From an uncultured Smithella sp. (GTDB lineage Bacteria; Desulfobacterota; Syntrophia; Syntrophales; Smithellaceae), in contig CAZSQS010000009.1 of assembly GCA_964608995.1 (NCBI GenBank), positions 2,039-66,038 on the forward strand: a DNA stretch of 64,000 nucleotides, read 5' to 3'. Both the position numbers and the translations under genes were made by a program. Positions 9,428 to 18,637 of the stretch are shown piece after piece; positions within the stretch are counted from its first letter, which is position 1; every line of letters begins with the position of its first letter. Under the pieces are notes generated by a model that was given only the letters and a program-made list of their open reading frames with translations, was not told the DNA's origin and ran no database searches.

Positions 9428-9488
9428 GCCCTCCGCGGCGCACTGGGCGCGATGCGCGACGCCGCTTTCAAACAGGATTACCAAAACG

Positions 9489-10775
9489 ATGTCATACGAA
9501 TTTTTTATCAGCAGACGATACATGAGGGCGAAGCGCAAACAGGTTTTCGTTTCGATTATTACCTTCATTTCCATTCTGGGCATTTTCCTGGGCGTCGCCG
9601 CGCTGATCATTGTCCTCGCGGTTATGAACGGGTTTGAGGAAGACCTGCGTCAGAAGATTCTGGGCATCCGTTCTCATATTGAAGTGACGTCCGCCATGTC
9701 GGGCCCCATGACGAATTATGCCACGATCCGCAAGGAAATTGACGACGTGCCGGGCGTGGTCGCCTCCACACCGTTTATTTACACGCAGGCGATGATGCGC
9801 TCTGCGGCCAGCGTCACGGGGGTTGTCCTTCGTGGCCTCGAGGTGGAAAGCGCGCCCAGGGTGATCAATCTCGGTAAAATTCGCGAGGGGCGTCTCGAAG
9901 ACCTCGACGCGATTCCGTCAAGCGTTTTACAAAAACTGCCCGTCGAAGACCGGGAGCTCTCCGGCATTCTCATCGGCAAGGAAATGGCCCGCAACATGCG
10001 TCTGTCCCTGTATGATGCGTTGACCATCATTTCGCCGATCGGCGGCATCTCCACGCCGATGGGCATGGTGCCCCGGATGAAAAAATTTCTGGTCGTGGGG
10101 ATTTACGAATCGGGATTTTACGAATACGATTCCTCGCTGGCGTTTTTATCACTCAAAAGCAGTCAGGAATTTCTCGACATGGGCGAGGCTGTCTCCGGCA
10201 TTGACCTGGTCGTCTCCGACATCTACAAGGCCGATGCCATTTCGCGCCATATCCAGAGCAAGCTGGGGTTTCCCTACTTTGCGCAAAACTGGATGGAGAT
10301 GAACCGCAACCTTTTTTCGGCGCTGAAGCTCGAAAAGCTCGTCATGTTCATCATCCTGAGTCTGATCGTTTTAGTGGCGGCCTTCAACATCATCAGCGCG
10401 CTCATCATGATCGTGATGGAAAAGAACAAGGACATCGCCATTTTGAAGTCCATGGGCGCCACTTCCAGCATGATCATGAAGATCTTCATTTATCAGGGGC
10501 TCATCGTCGGCGTCGTGGGAACGTTTTTCGGATGCATCGCCGGGGTCACCATCGCGCTGAATCTTCAGAGAATCACGCGGTTTGTGGAAAAGGTTTTAAA
10601 TGTGCAGATTCTGCCGGGCGATGTGTATTATCTGAGCGAGCTTCCCTCGAAGGTGAATTTCGGCGATGTGGGGATTATTGTCGCCGGCACACTGATCGTT
10701 TGTTTTTTATCCACCATTTATCCATCGCTTCGCGCCTCGCGGCTTGACCCGGCGGAAGCCCTGCGATACGAATAA
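9489..10775 (+). CDS. lipoprotein-releasing ABC transporter permease, LolC/LolE family
   Basis: 428 aa. The N-terminus MSYEFFISRRYMRAKRKQ plus TM is typical of the family. It has a large periplasmic loop and a C-terminal FtsX-like 3-TM bundle, and it sits directly upstream of lolD. Confidence 0.85.
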   Translation: MSYEFFISRRYMRAKRKQVFVSIITFISILGIFLGVAALIIVLAVMNGFEEDLRQKILGIRSHIEVTSAMSGPMTNYATIRKEIDDVPGVVASTPFIYTQAMMRSAASVTGVVLRGLEVESAPRVINLGKIREGRLEDLDAIPSSVLQKLPVEDRELSGILIGKEMARNMRLSLYDALTIISPIGGISTPMGMVPRMKKFLVVGIYESGFYEYDSSLAFLSLKSSQEFLDMGEAVSGIDLVVSDIYKADAISRHIQSKLGFPYFAQNWMEMNRNLFSALKLEKLVMFIILSLIVLVAAFNIISALIMIVMEKNKDIAILKSMGATSSMIMKIFIYQGLIVGVVGTFFGCIAGVTIALNLQRITRFVEKVLNVQILPGDVYYLSELPSKVNFGDVGIIVAGTLIVCFLSTIYPSLRASRLDPAEALRYE

Positions 10776-10799
10776 CCGGCCGGACGTGAAAAAATTACG

Positions 10800-11468
10800 A
10801 TGATTCAACTCAATAATTTATCAAAAACCTTTTTCAAAGACGGCAACCGTATTGACGTTTTGCGGGATCTTCATCTGAAAATCGATCGCGGTTCTTCATT
10901 GGCGATTGTGGGCGTCTCCGGCGCGGGGAAGAGCACATTGATTCACATTCTGGGAACGCTGGATTCTCCAACCTCCGGGTCGCTATCGATTGCGGGGCAG
11001 GACGTTTTTTCATTAAACAAGAAAAAACTGGCCGCCTTCCGCAATTCAACCATCGGGTTTGTGTTTCAGTTGAACAACCTGTTGCCGGAATTTACCGCGC
11101 TGGAAAATGCGATGATGCCGGCTTTGATTGCCGGCCTTCCGAAAAAACAGGCCTGGGACATGGCCTCCGGGCTGCTTGCGGATGTCGGATTGGGGCATCG
11201 CCTCAAACACAAACCCGGCGAACTCTCCGGCGGCGAACAGCAGCGAGTCGCCATTGCCCGCGCGCTGGTGATGACGCCTGAAATCCTGCTGGCTGATGAA
11301 CCGACGGGAAACCTTGACACCGAAACGGGAAAAAAGATAGAAGACATTCTCGTTAATTTAAATGTAACGAAAAAGATCACGCTGATCGTGGTGACACACA
11401 ACAAGATGCTGGCGGATCGACTCTCGGCCAGAATCGGACTGCGTGACGGGAAAATTTATGACCTTTAA
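10800..11468 (+). CDS. lolD: lipoprotein-releasing system ATP-binding protein
   Basis: Walker [10 protein letters not shown], signature LSGGEQQR, Walker [12 protein letters not shown]. It is paired with the LolC/E permease. Confidence 0.8.
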   Translation: MIQLNNLSKTFFKDGNRIDVLRDLHLKIDRGSSLAIVGVSGAGKSTLIHILGTLDSPTSGSLSIAGQDVFSLNKKKLAAFRNSTIGFVFQLNNLLPEFTALENAMMPALIAGLPKKQAWDMASGLLADVGLGHRLKHKPGELSGGEQQRVAIARALVMTPEILLADEPTGNLDTETGKKIEDILVNLNVTKKITLIVVTHNKMLADRLSARIGLRDGKIYDL

Positions 11469-14109
11469 GCAAAAAGTATATTCGGTTCTGGCGGCGGTGT
11501 TGCTGGTCATCGGCAGCTTGACGGCCGTCGCGGCGGCCGGGGAGACGAAGGCCGTCGTTCTGCTGCCCTTTGAGGCGCACGCCAGCGATGACGGCAATGT
11601 CCTTCGGGCGTCTCTGTACAACCATCTGGCGGCCGAACTGCGTAAGGAAAAGAACATAATGCTCCAGGAGCCCGGAGAATTTTCCCGAACGGATACCGTT
11701 GCCGGCGTGGATCTGGCGATGGATGCAGGCCGGGCGCTGGGCGCGGACTACGTCATCACAGGCAGCGTCACCCGGCTGGGAAACGCTGTGAGCATTGATG
11801 CGAAAATAATGGATGTCGGCCGCGGTGAATTTCTGTCTCCCGTATCCGTGCAGGGCAGCCAGACGCAAGGCGTTGAAGCGCTTGCGCGACATCTCAAAAC
11901 GGCGCTTCTGTCCCGCGCGGATCTGCTCGATGTCATCGCCCGGATCGACATTGCCGGTAACCGCAAGATCAGCCCCAGCGCCATCACAGAGCGCATCCGG
12001 AGCAAACCGGGCCTGCCGCTTTCCGATTCCGACATCGCCGACGATATTAAAACCATCTACAAGATGGGCTTTTTTCTGGATGTCAGCGCTTCCGTGACCT
12101 CCGAGCCCGCGGGCAAGGTCATTACCTTTTCGGTGTCGGAAAAGGGCCTGATCTCTGACATCCGCCTGGTGGGCAACAAAAAGCTCGATCGCGACGATAT
12201 TGTGGAGGTCATGTCCGTCAAAACGCGCCAGAGCCTCAACCGGGAAAAGATCAAGGAAGATATTCAGAAAATCAAGGCGCTCTACGATACCAAGGGCTAT
12301 TATAACGCCCAAATCACGGATCGTATCGAGCGCGACGGGGAGAAAGACTTTGTTCTCATTCTGGATATTCAGGAAAACGACCGGATCTATATCCGGCGCA
12401 TTGCGTTTGAGGGCAACGAGGTTTATACGACCAAAGAGCTGGTCAACATGATGAGCACGACGGAGCGGACGCTTCTGGGGTTCATCACGGATACCGGCAT
12501 TCTCAAGCGCGAAGAACTCCGTCAGGATGTTCAAAAAATCAGCGCTTTTTACTTCAATAACGGATTTATCAATTCACAAATCGGGGAGCCTGTCATCACG
12601 CATGACGCTAAGGGCATCTATATCCACATCACCGTCAGAGAAGGCAAGCGTTTCAAAGTCGGCAATGTCGTCATTTCCGGCGATCAGCTTGAAAAGCCGC
12701 GGGCGGACCTGCTTCGCGCCTTAAAGACGAAGGCGGGCAGTCACTATGACCGTGAAGCCGTCATCAAGGATATCGAGATGATCACGCTGGCCGCCAATGA
12801 CGAAGGCTACGCGCATGCCGACGTGAATCCCAGGGTGACCACGCATGAAAAAGAACAGCTCGTCGATCTGGATCTTCAACTGACCAAAGGCGCGCTGGTC
12901 TATATTGCGCGTGTCGGTATTTCCGGAAACACCGTGACGCGCGACAAGGTCATACGACGTCAGATCTCCGTGGTTGAAGGGGAGCTGTATTCCGCAACAA
13001 AGCTCAAAAACAGTTATATGAGCCTCAACGCACTGCGCTATTTCGAGGAGGTGGATTTTCAAACCGAAAAGGCGGAGGAAGGCCGCATGAACGTCAACAT
13101 CCGGGTCAAGGAGAAAAACACCGGCATGTTCATGATCGGCGCGGGCTACAGCGCGGTGGATCAGGCGGTCATCATGGCGCAGATCGTTCAGCAGAATTTT
13201 CTGGGCTATGGCCAGACGGTCAGCCTCAAAGCGTCACTGGGGTCCAAAACCAATCAATATGAGCTCTCCTTTACCGAGCCCTGGTTGTTTGATCTGCCCT
13301 TGTGGTGCAAGGCGGATATCTGGAAATATAAAAAAGAGTATGACTCCTATACCATCGATACGCGCGGCGCGGGGGTGACGCTGGGCTATCCCGTCTGGAA
13401 GAAAATTGTGGGCTATGTCGGCTACAAACTCAGCATGGACGATATCCAGGATGTCAATTATGATACAGCGTCCCAATACATCATAAATCAGGCCGGAGAG
13501 CGGGTGACCAGCGCGCTGAGCTTCACGCTGGCCTATGATTCAACCGACGACAACATCTTTCCCAGCCGGGGCATCAAAACGTCTGCCACTGTCCAGCACG
13601 CAGGTGACCCCCTGGGCGGCAACGCAAAATTTACAAAATATGGGGCAGTGCTGACCGGTTATTATCCGGTGTTTCGGGATATTGTGATTGGCGCGAAGGG
13701 CCGCATCGGCTATCTGCAAAATAATGACGACAGCGACGAGAGGCTCCCGATTTACGAACGCTATGTGCTGGGCGGCATTAATTCGCTGCGCGGTCTGCGT
13801 TACGTGGGGCCCACCAATCCCGCGACGGGCGACGTCATCGGCGGCACGACGATGCTGACGCTGACGGCGGAAATTGTTTTTCCGCTGATCAAGGACGCAG
13901 GGATGAAAGGCGTGCTGTTTTACGATGCGGGCAACGCCTGGAACGGCGCCTACTACCTGGGTGATTTACGCCAGACCTGCGGCGCCGGTATTCGCTGGTA
14001 CTCGCCCATCGGGCCGCTTCGGCTCGAATACGGCTATGTGCTCGATCGCAGGGGCTTAAACGATGATTCTATGGGCCGCTGGGAATTCACCATCGGCATG
14101 TTTATGTAA
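11458..14109 (+). CDS. bamA: outer membrane protein assembly factor BamA with an extra N-terminal domain
   Basis: Has a signal peptide, POTRA repeats (IARIDIAGNRKIS..., IRLVGNKKL..., IAFEGNEVYT..., VVISGDQL..., VGISGNTVT...) and an Omp85 barrel. The start is ATG 11458 (MTFKQK...), or possibly 11443. It overlaps the lolD stop. Confidence 0.9.
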   Translation: MTFKQKVYSVLAAVLLVIGSLTAVAAAGETKAVVLLPFEAHASDDGNVLRASLYNHLAAELRKEKNIMLQEPGEFSRTDTVAGVDLAMDAGRALGADYVITGSVTRLGNAVSIDAKIMDVGRGEFLSPVSVQGSQTQGVEALARHLKTALLSRADLLDVIARIDIAGNRKISPSAITERIRSKPGLPLSDSDIADDIKTIYKMGFFLDVSASVTSEPAGKVITFSVSEKGLISDIRLVGNKKLDRDDIVEVMSVKTRQSLNREKIKEDIQKIKALYDTKGYYNAQITDRIERDGEKDFVLILDIQENDRIYIRRIAFEGNEVYTTKELVNMMSTTERTLLGFITDTGILKREELRQDVQKISAFYFNNGFINSQIGEPVITHDAKGIYIHITVREGKRFKVGNVVISGDQLEKPRADLLRALKTKAGSHYDREAVIKDIEMITLAANDEGYAHADVNPRVTTHEKEQLVDLDLQLTKGALVYIARVGISGNTVTRDKVIRRQISVVEGELYSATKLKNSYMSLNALRYFEEVDFQTEKAEEGRMNVNIRVKEKNTGMFMIGAGYSAVDQAVIMAQIVQQNFLGYGQTVSLKASLGSKTNQYELSFTEPWLFDLPLWCKADIWKYKKEYDSYTIDTRGAGVTLGYPVWKKIVGYVGYKLSMDDIQDVNYDTASQYIINQAGERVTSALSFTLAYDSTDDNIFPSRGIKTSATVQHAGDPLGGNAKFTKYGAVLTGYYPVFRDIVIGAKGRIGYLQNNDDSDERLPIYERYVLGGINSLRGLRYVGPTNPATGDVIGGTTMLTLTAEIVFPLIKDAGMKGVLFYDAGNAWNGAYYLGDLRQTCGAGIRWYSPIGPLRLEYGYVLDRRGLNDDSMGRWEFTIGMFM

Positions 14110-14170
14110 CAGACAAAGCTTTTGAAGTTCACCAATAAAAATGTAAAACGCAAGAGAGGAGAATAAAAAA

Positions 14171-14701
14171 ATGAAAAAAAGTATTTATCTGGTTATGGGA
14201 TTGATGGTGTTGTTTCTTTTCGTCGGGACGACCCCGTCTCTGGCCGCCGAAAAAATCGGGTTTATCAATTTGCAGGAAATCATTCAGACCTCCAATGCCG
14301 GCAAGCAGGCCGCGGAAGAATTTAAAAAAATATATCAGAAAAAACAGGAAAGCGTTCGGAGCCTGGAGGCCGAAATTAAAAAAATGAAAGACGAACTTGA
14401 AAAACAAGGCGCCATGATGACGCCCAGCGTCCGCTCCGATAAGGAAACCGCTTATCAGAGAAGGCTGCGCGACTATCAGCTGATGGTGGAAGACACGAAT
14501 AAAGAGCTCCAGAAGCGCGATCAGGAATACTCCCAGAAGATGATTCCTGAAATCCTTAAAGCCGTTCGCGCCATCGGCGAGCGGGAAAAATACACGATGA
14601 TCCTGGATTACGGCACGATGCCTCTGCCTTATCACGACAAGGCCGCCGACATCACCAAGACAGTGATTGAAGAATACAACAAACAGAAGGCGGGGAAATA
14701 G
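14171..14701 (+). CDS. skp: periplasmic chaperone Skp/OmpH
   Basis: 176 aa with a signal peptide and Lys/Glu-rich coiled-coil segments. It occupies the canonical position between bamA and lpxD. Confidence 0.8.
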   Translation: MKKSIYLVMGLMVLFLFVGTTPSLAAEKIGFINLQEIIQTSNAGKQAAEEFKKIYQKKQESVRSLEAEIKKMKDELEKQGAMMTPSVRSDKETAYQRRLRDYQLMVEDTNKELQKRDQEYSQKMIPEILKAVRAIGEREKYTMILDYGTMPLPYHDKAADITKTVIEEYNKQKAGK

Positions 14702-14717
14702 CGGCGGTTTGAGGGCT

Positions 14718-15761
14718 ATGGAAAAAACGATTCGGGACATTGCCGCCTTAGTTGGCGGCACAGTGACAGGAGACGAAACTGCCGTGATTTGCGGCATCCG
14801 GCCCATTGAAGAGGCGGGTCCGGGGGAGCTCTCCTTTGTCGCCCAGGCCAAGTATTTAAAAACGCTTGCGACGACGGGGGCGTCCGCCATTTTGGTTCCC
14901 CCCGGAACCGTTGCCGAAGAGAAAAACCTCATTGCCGTAGCCGACCCTTACGCGGCCTTTGCTAAATTGATGCAGGTGTTTTATCCGATGGATCATGGGC
15001 GAACCGGCATCTCCGCTGACGCGTATATTGAAGACGGTGCGGATGTTTCTCCGGAGGCGACGCTCTTTCCGCGCGCGTATGTCAGCGCGGGTGCAACGAT
15101 TGCCCGTGGCGCGGTGATTTATCCCGGCGTGTTTATCGGGCGCAATGTCACCGTTGGCGAGGACGCTATTCTTTATGCCAATGTCAGCGTTTATGCCGGA
15201 TGCGTGATCGGCAGGCGCGTGATTCTGCACTCGGGCGTTGTGATTGGCGCCGACGGGTTCGGCTTTGCCACACCCGGCGCGGATAACGCCAAAATCCCGC
15301 AAATCGGCATCGTCCAGATTGATGACGATGTTGAACTGGGGGCCAACACGACCGTGGATCGCGCAACGATGGGAAAAACCTGGATCCAGCGCAATGTGAA
15401 AATCGATAACCTCGTTCAGGTGGCCCACAATGTGGTGATTGGCGAAAATTCGGCCATTGCCGCTCAAACCGGCATTTCCGGCTCCACAAAAATCGGGAAA
15501 AGCGTTATGATCGGCGGCCAGGTGGGCATCGTCGGCCACATCACCATCGGCGATGGCGTCATGATCGGCGCGTCTTCCGGGATCCATAAAAATATTGCCC
15601 CGGGGCAGCTCGTCGCTGGCGCGCCGTTTCTTCCCTATAAAGAAGCGTTAAAAGTCGAATCCTGCAAGGTCAAGCTGCCCGAGATGCGGGTCAAGCTTCA
15701 GCAACTGATCAAGCAGGTTCGTGAACTGGAAGCAAAAATAAATAAGACAGGTGAAAGCTGA
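14718..15761 (+). CDS. lpxD: UDP-3-O-acylglucosamine N-acyltransferase
   Basis: Has the LpxD-type N-terminus MEKTIRDIAALVGG, a long left-handed beta-helix of hexapeptide repeats, and a C-terminal coiled coil. I moved the start from 14667 to ATG 14718. Confidence 0.9.
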   Translation: MEKTIRDIAALVGGTVTGDETAVICGIRPIEEAGPGELSFVAQAKYLKTLATTGASAILVPPGTVAEEKNLIAVADPYAAFAKLMQVFYPMDHGRTGISADAYIEDGADVSPEATLFPRAYVSAGATIARGAVIYPGVFIGRNVTVGEDAILYANVSVYAGCVIGRRVILHSGVVIGADGFGFATPGADNAKIPQIGIVQIDDDVELGANTTVDRATMGKTWIQRNVKIDNLVQVAHNVVIGENSAIAAQTGISGSTKIGKSVMIGGQVGIVGHITIGDGVMIGASSGIHKNIAPGQLVAGAPFLPYKEALKVESCKVKLPEMRVKLQQLIKQVRELEAKINKTGES

Positions 15762-15762
15762 T

Positions 15763-16536
15763 ATGAAAATTCATCCGACCGCAATTATATCGCCTGAGGC
15801 GAATCTGGCCGAAGGCGTCGAAGTTGGCCCTTACACCACGATTGGCCGAGATGTGACCATCGGGAAAAACACCGTGATCGGTCCGCATACCGTCATTGAC
15901 GATCACACCGATATCGGGGAGAACTGCAAAATCTTCCAGTTCTGCTCCATCGGCGCGCCGCCGCAGGATATGAAATACAACGGCGAACCCACGCGCGTGA
16001 TCATCGGCAGCCACAACGTCATCCGGGAATTTGTCACTATTCACCGGGCGACGACCGCGGGCATCGGCAAAACCATTGTGGGCGATTACAATCTGGTCAT
16101 GGCCTATTCCCATATCGCGCACGACTGCATCCTGGGCAATTTCATCGTGATGGCCAACAGCGCAATGCTTGCCGGCCACATCGTGGTGGAAGATTTTGCG
16201 ATTCTGGGCGGCATGGCGGGCATGCATCAATTCACGCGTATCGGCACGCACGCCATGATGGGCGGCATGTCCGGGAGCCCCAAGGACATCCCTCCCTACA
16301 CGATGGCTTCGGGAAACCGCGCTAAATTGTACGGCCTGAACCTGGTGGGACTTCGACGCCGGAAATTTCCGGAAGAGACGATTCGAAGCCTCAAGGGCGC
16401 CTATCGCATTGTTTTTCGCTCAAATAGGCCGCTCAAGGACGCGCTGAGCATGGCAGAGGATCAATTCGGCGCCTGCGCGGAAGTGCGCCGATTTATCGAT
16501 TTTATCCGGGCCTCCAAACGAGGCGTCTGCCGTTAA
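15763..16536 (+). CDS. lpxA: acyl-ACP--UDP-N-acetylglucosamine O-acyltransferase
   Basis: About 257 aa of hexapeptide repeats starting MKIHPTAIISPEANLAEGVEVGPYTTIG. The ATG at 15763 is preceded by aggtgaaag. No fabZ lies between lpxD and lpxA. Confidence 0.9.
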   Translation: MKIHPTAIISPEANLAEGVEVGPYTTIGRDVTIGKNTVIGPHTVIDDHTDIGENCKIFQFCSIGAPPQDMKYNGEPTRVIIGSHNVIREFVTIHRATTAGIGKTIVGDYNLVMAYSHIAHDCILGNFIVMANSAMLAGHIVVEDFAILGGMAGMHQFTRIGTHAMMGGMSGSPKDIPPYTMASGNRAKLYGLNLVGLRRRKFPEETIRSLKGAYRIVFRSNRPLKDALSMAEDQFGACAEVRRFIDFIRASKRGVCR

Positions 16537-16537
16537 T

Positions 16538-17506
16538 ATGGAGAATGAGATGAACCCAGCAAAAAAAATTAAAGTCGGCGTTGTCGGCATCGGGCATCTG
16601 GGCAACTATCACCTGCAAAAGTATTCCCAGATGGCCTCGTGCGACATTGTCGCCGCCTCCGATACCGACATGGAAAGGGCCAAAAAAGCGGCCGGTCTTT
16701 TTGGATGCCAGGCGTTTGACGACCACCGGCAGATGATCGGCCAGGTCGATGCTGTGAGCATCGCCGTGCCGACGGGATTTCATCACACGGTGGCGCGCGA
16801 TTTTCTGGCGGCGGGCGTGGATGTCCTCATTGAAAAGCCGCTTTGTGCGACGGTGGCCGAAGCCGATGAGTTGCTGGAACTGGCCGCCCGGAACAACTGC
16901 GTTTTTCAGGTGGGTTTTGTAGAGCGCTTTAATCCGGCCGTGATGGCGCTTGAAAAAGTCATCACCCGGCCGGTGTTCATCGAAGTGCACCGTCTCCATC
17001 CTTTCTTTGAGCGCGGTACGGATGTGGACGTCATTCTGGATTTGATGATCCACGATCTGGACATCATCCTGAAATTTGTTTCCTCGCCTTTGACGAATGT
17101 CGAAGCGGTGGGAGTGCCCGTGCTGTCGGATAAAATCGACATTTCCAACGTTCGCCTGACGTTTGCCTGCGGCTGCATCGCCAACGTCACCGCCAGCCGC
17201 ATCAGCGCCAAGACGATGCAGAAGCTGCGGTTTTTCGGCCCGGAGGGCTACCATGCCGTTGATACCCGCAAGCGGGAAATTTTGTCGCTCTCAAGGGTGA
17301 CAGGCGCTGACGGCAAACAGCAGATCATCCAAAATAATATTGAGGTGGCCAGTCACGATCCGCTGGAAGAAGAAGTCCGTTCCTTTGTTCAGTGCGTTTT
17401 GACGCGCGCCGTCCCTGTCGTCTCCGGCGTTGAAGGACGCAAGTCGCTGGCGCTGGCAACTGAAATTCTGCAAAAAATGAAAACACACGAGGATATCCCT
17501 TTATGA
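16538..17506 (+). CDS. Gfo/Idh/MocA-family NAD-dependent oxidoreductase, GnnA-like (UDP-GlcNAc 3-dehydrogenase candidate)
   Basis: Has the Rossmann N-terminus KVGVVGIGHLGNYH. The placement between lpxA and lpxB, next to a DegT-type aminotransferase, supports the GnnA-like call. Confidence 0.6.
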   Translation: MENEMNPAKKIKVGVVGIGHLGNYHLQKYSQMASCDIVAASDTDMERAKKAAGLFGCQAFDDHRQMIGQVDAVSIAVPTGFHHTVARDFLAAGVDVLIEKPLCATVAEADELLELAARNNCVFQVGFVERFNPAVMALEKVITRPVFIEVHRLHPFFERGTDVDVILDLMIHDLDIILKFVSSPLTNVEAVGVPVLSDKIDISNVRLTFACGCIANVTASRISAKTMQKLRFFGPEGYHAVDTRKREILSLSRVTGADGKQQIIQNNIEVASHDPLEEEVRSFVQCVLTRAVPVVSGVEGRKSLALATEILQKMKTHEDIPL

Positions 17507-18597
17507 TTCCGATGGTCGATTTGAAAAGACAATACGCAAGGTATAAGACCGCAATTGACGAGGCGGTTGCCCGTGTCTTGTCCGAAACCCAGTTTATTCT
17601 GGGGCCGAATGTCGTAAAGCTTGAAGAAGAAGTTTCGGCCTATTGCGGCGTGGAGTTTGCCGTGGGGTGCGCCAACGGCACGGACGCGCTTCTCTTGGCG
17701 CTTCGCGCCTGCGGGATCGGGGCGGGCGACGAAATCATTACCACGCCGTTTACGTTTATCGCCACGGCGGAAGTCGCGGCCCAGATTGGCGCCAAGCCCG
17801 TGTTTGTCGATATTTGCCCCGATACGCTCAATATTGATCCGGAAAAGATCGAGGAAAAAATTACGCCGAAAACGCGGGCGATTGTTCCTGTGCATCTGTT
17901 TGGCCACCCGGCCGATATGACGCCGATTCTGGACATTGCCCGAAGGCACAAGCTCAAAGTGATTGAAGACGGCGCTCAGGCTTTCGGCGCGCGCTATCTG
18001 GATCAGGCGGTCGGATCGATGGGCGATATCGGCTGCTTCAGCTTTTTCCCGAGCAAGAATCTCGGCTGCTACGGCGACGGCGGCATGGTCGTCACGCGCG
18101 ACGGAGACATTGCGGCGAAAGTGAAAATGCTGCGCAATCATGGCAGCGCGGTCCGTTACTACCACTCAGAGGTGGGCTACAACAGCCGTCTTGACGAAAT
18201 GCAGGCCGCCATTTTGCGCATCAAGCTCGCTTCGATTGATTCCGACAACGATGCACGCCGCAAAAACGCGGATGCCTACCGTGCGGCCATCCGGTGCGAG
18301 GAGATTGTTCTACCCTCCGAGCGGCCAGGCTCCCGGCATGTCTATCATCAGTTTACGCTGCGCACGCCCGGGCGGGATAAAATCGCCCAGGCGCTGTCTT
18401 CAGCCGGCATCGCGTCTGCCATCTACTACCCGGTGGCGCTGCATCAGCAGGAGGTCTTTTTGAAAATGTATGGCGCTCAGGAGCGTCTGCCCGTTTCGGA
18501 AGCCTGCGCGGCCGATGTTTTATCCCTGCCGATGTTCCCCGAACTGACAAGGGACGAGATTGGCCGGATTGCCGATGTGATCCATCATGCGATGTGA
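17503..18597 (+). CDS. DegT/DnrJ/EryC1/StrS-family PLP aminotransferase, GnnB-like
   Basis: 364 aa with a sugar-aminotransferase layout and a PLP-lysine region FSFFPSKNLG. Its start codon overlaps the stop of the upstream oxidoreductase (ATGA). Confidence 0.6.
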   Translation: MIPMVDLKRQYARYKTAIDEAVARVLSETQFILGPNVVKLEEEVSAYCGVEFAVGCANGTDALLLALRACGIGAGDEIITTPFTFIATAEVAAQIGAKPVFVDICPDTLNIDPEKIEEKITPKTRAIVPVHLFGHPADMTPILDIARRHKLKVIEDGAQAFGARYLDQAVGSMGDIGCFSFFPSKNLGCYGDGGMVVTRDGDIAAKVKMLRNHGSAVRYYHSEVGYNSRLDEMQAAILRIKLASIDSDNDARRKNADAYRAAIRCEEIVLPSERPGSRHVYHQFTLRTPGRDKIAQALSSAGIASAIYYPVALHQQEVFLKMYGAQERLPVSEACAADVLSLPMFPELTRDEIGRIADVIHHAM

Positions 18598-18637
18598 AGA
18601 AAACCCTGTGTGTCAGGAAAGAGGGGCACCAGGCGTG

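Noticed and set aside
11377-12534. A long antisense ORF (385 aa) opposite bamA. Many similar 230-340-aa ORFs lie opposite confident genes, e.g. 5072..6088, 14129..14932, 16502..17254, 17389..18165, 20219..20953, 26264..27223, 30388..31362, 40684..41682, 44892..45758, 45885..46724, 51808..52725, 53737..54543, 54574..55473, 56116..57063.
   Set aside because: Each lies entirely inside, and antisense to, a gene with clear family motifs. Their translations are Arg/Gly/Ala/His-rich low-complexity sequence typical of shadow ORFs in GC-rich DNA, and none has a convincing RBS or motif.
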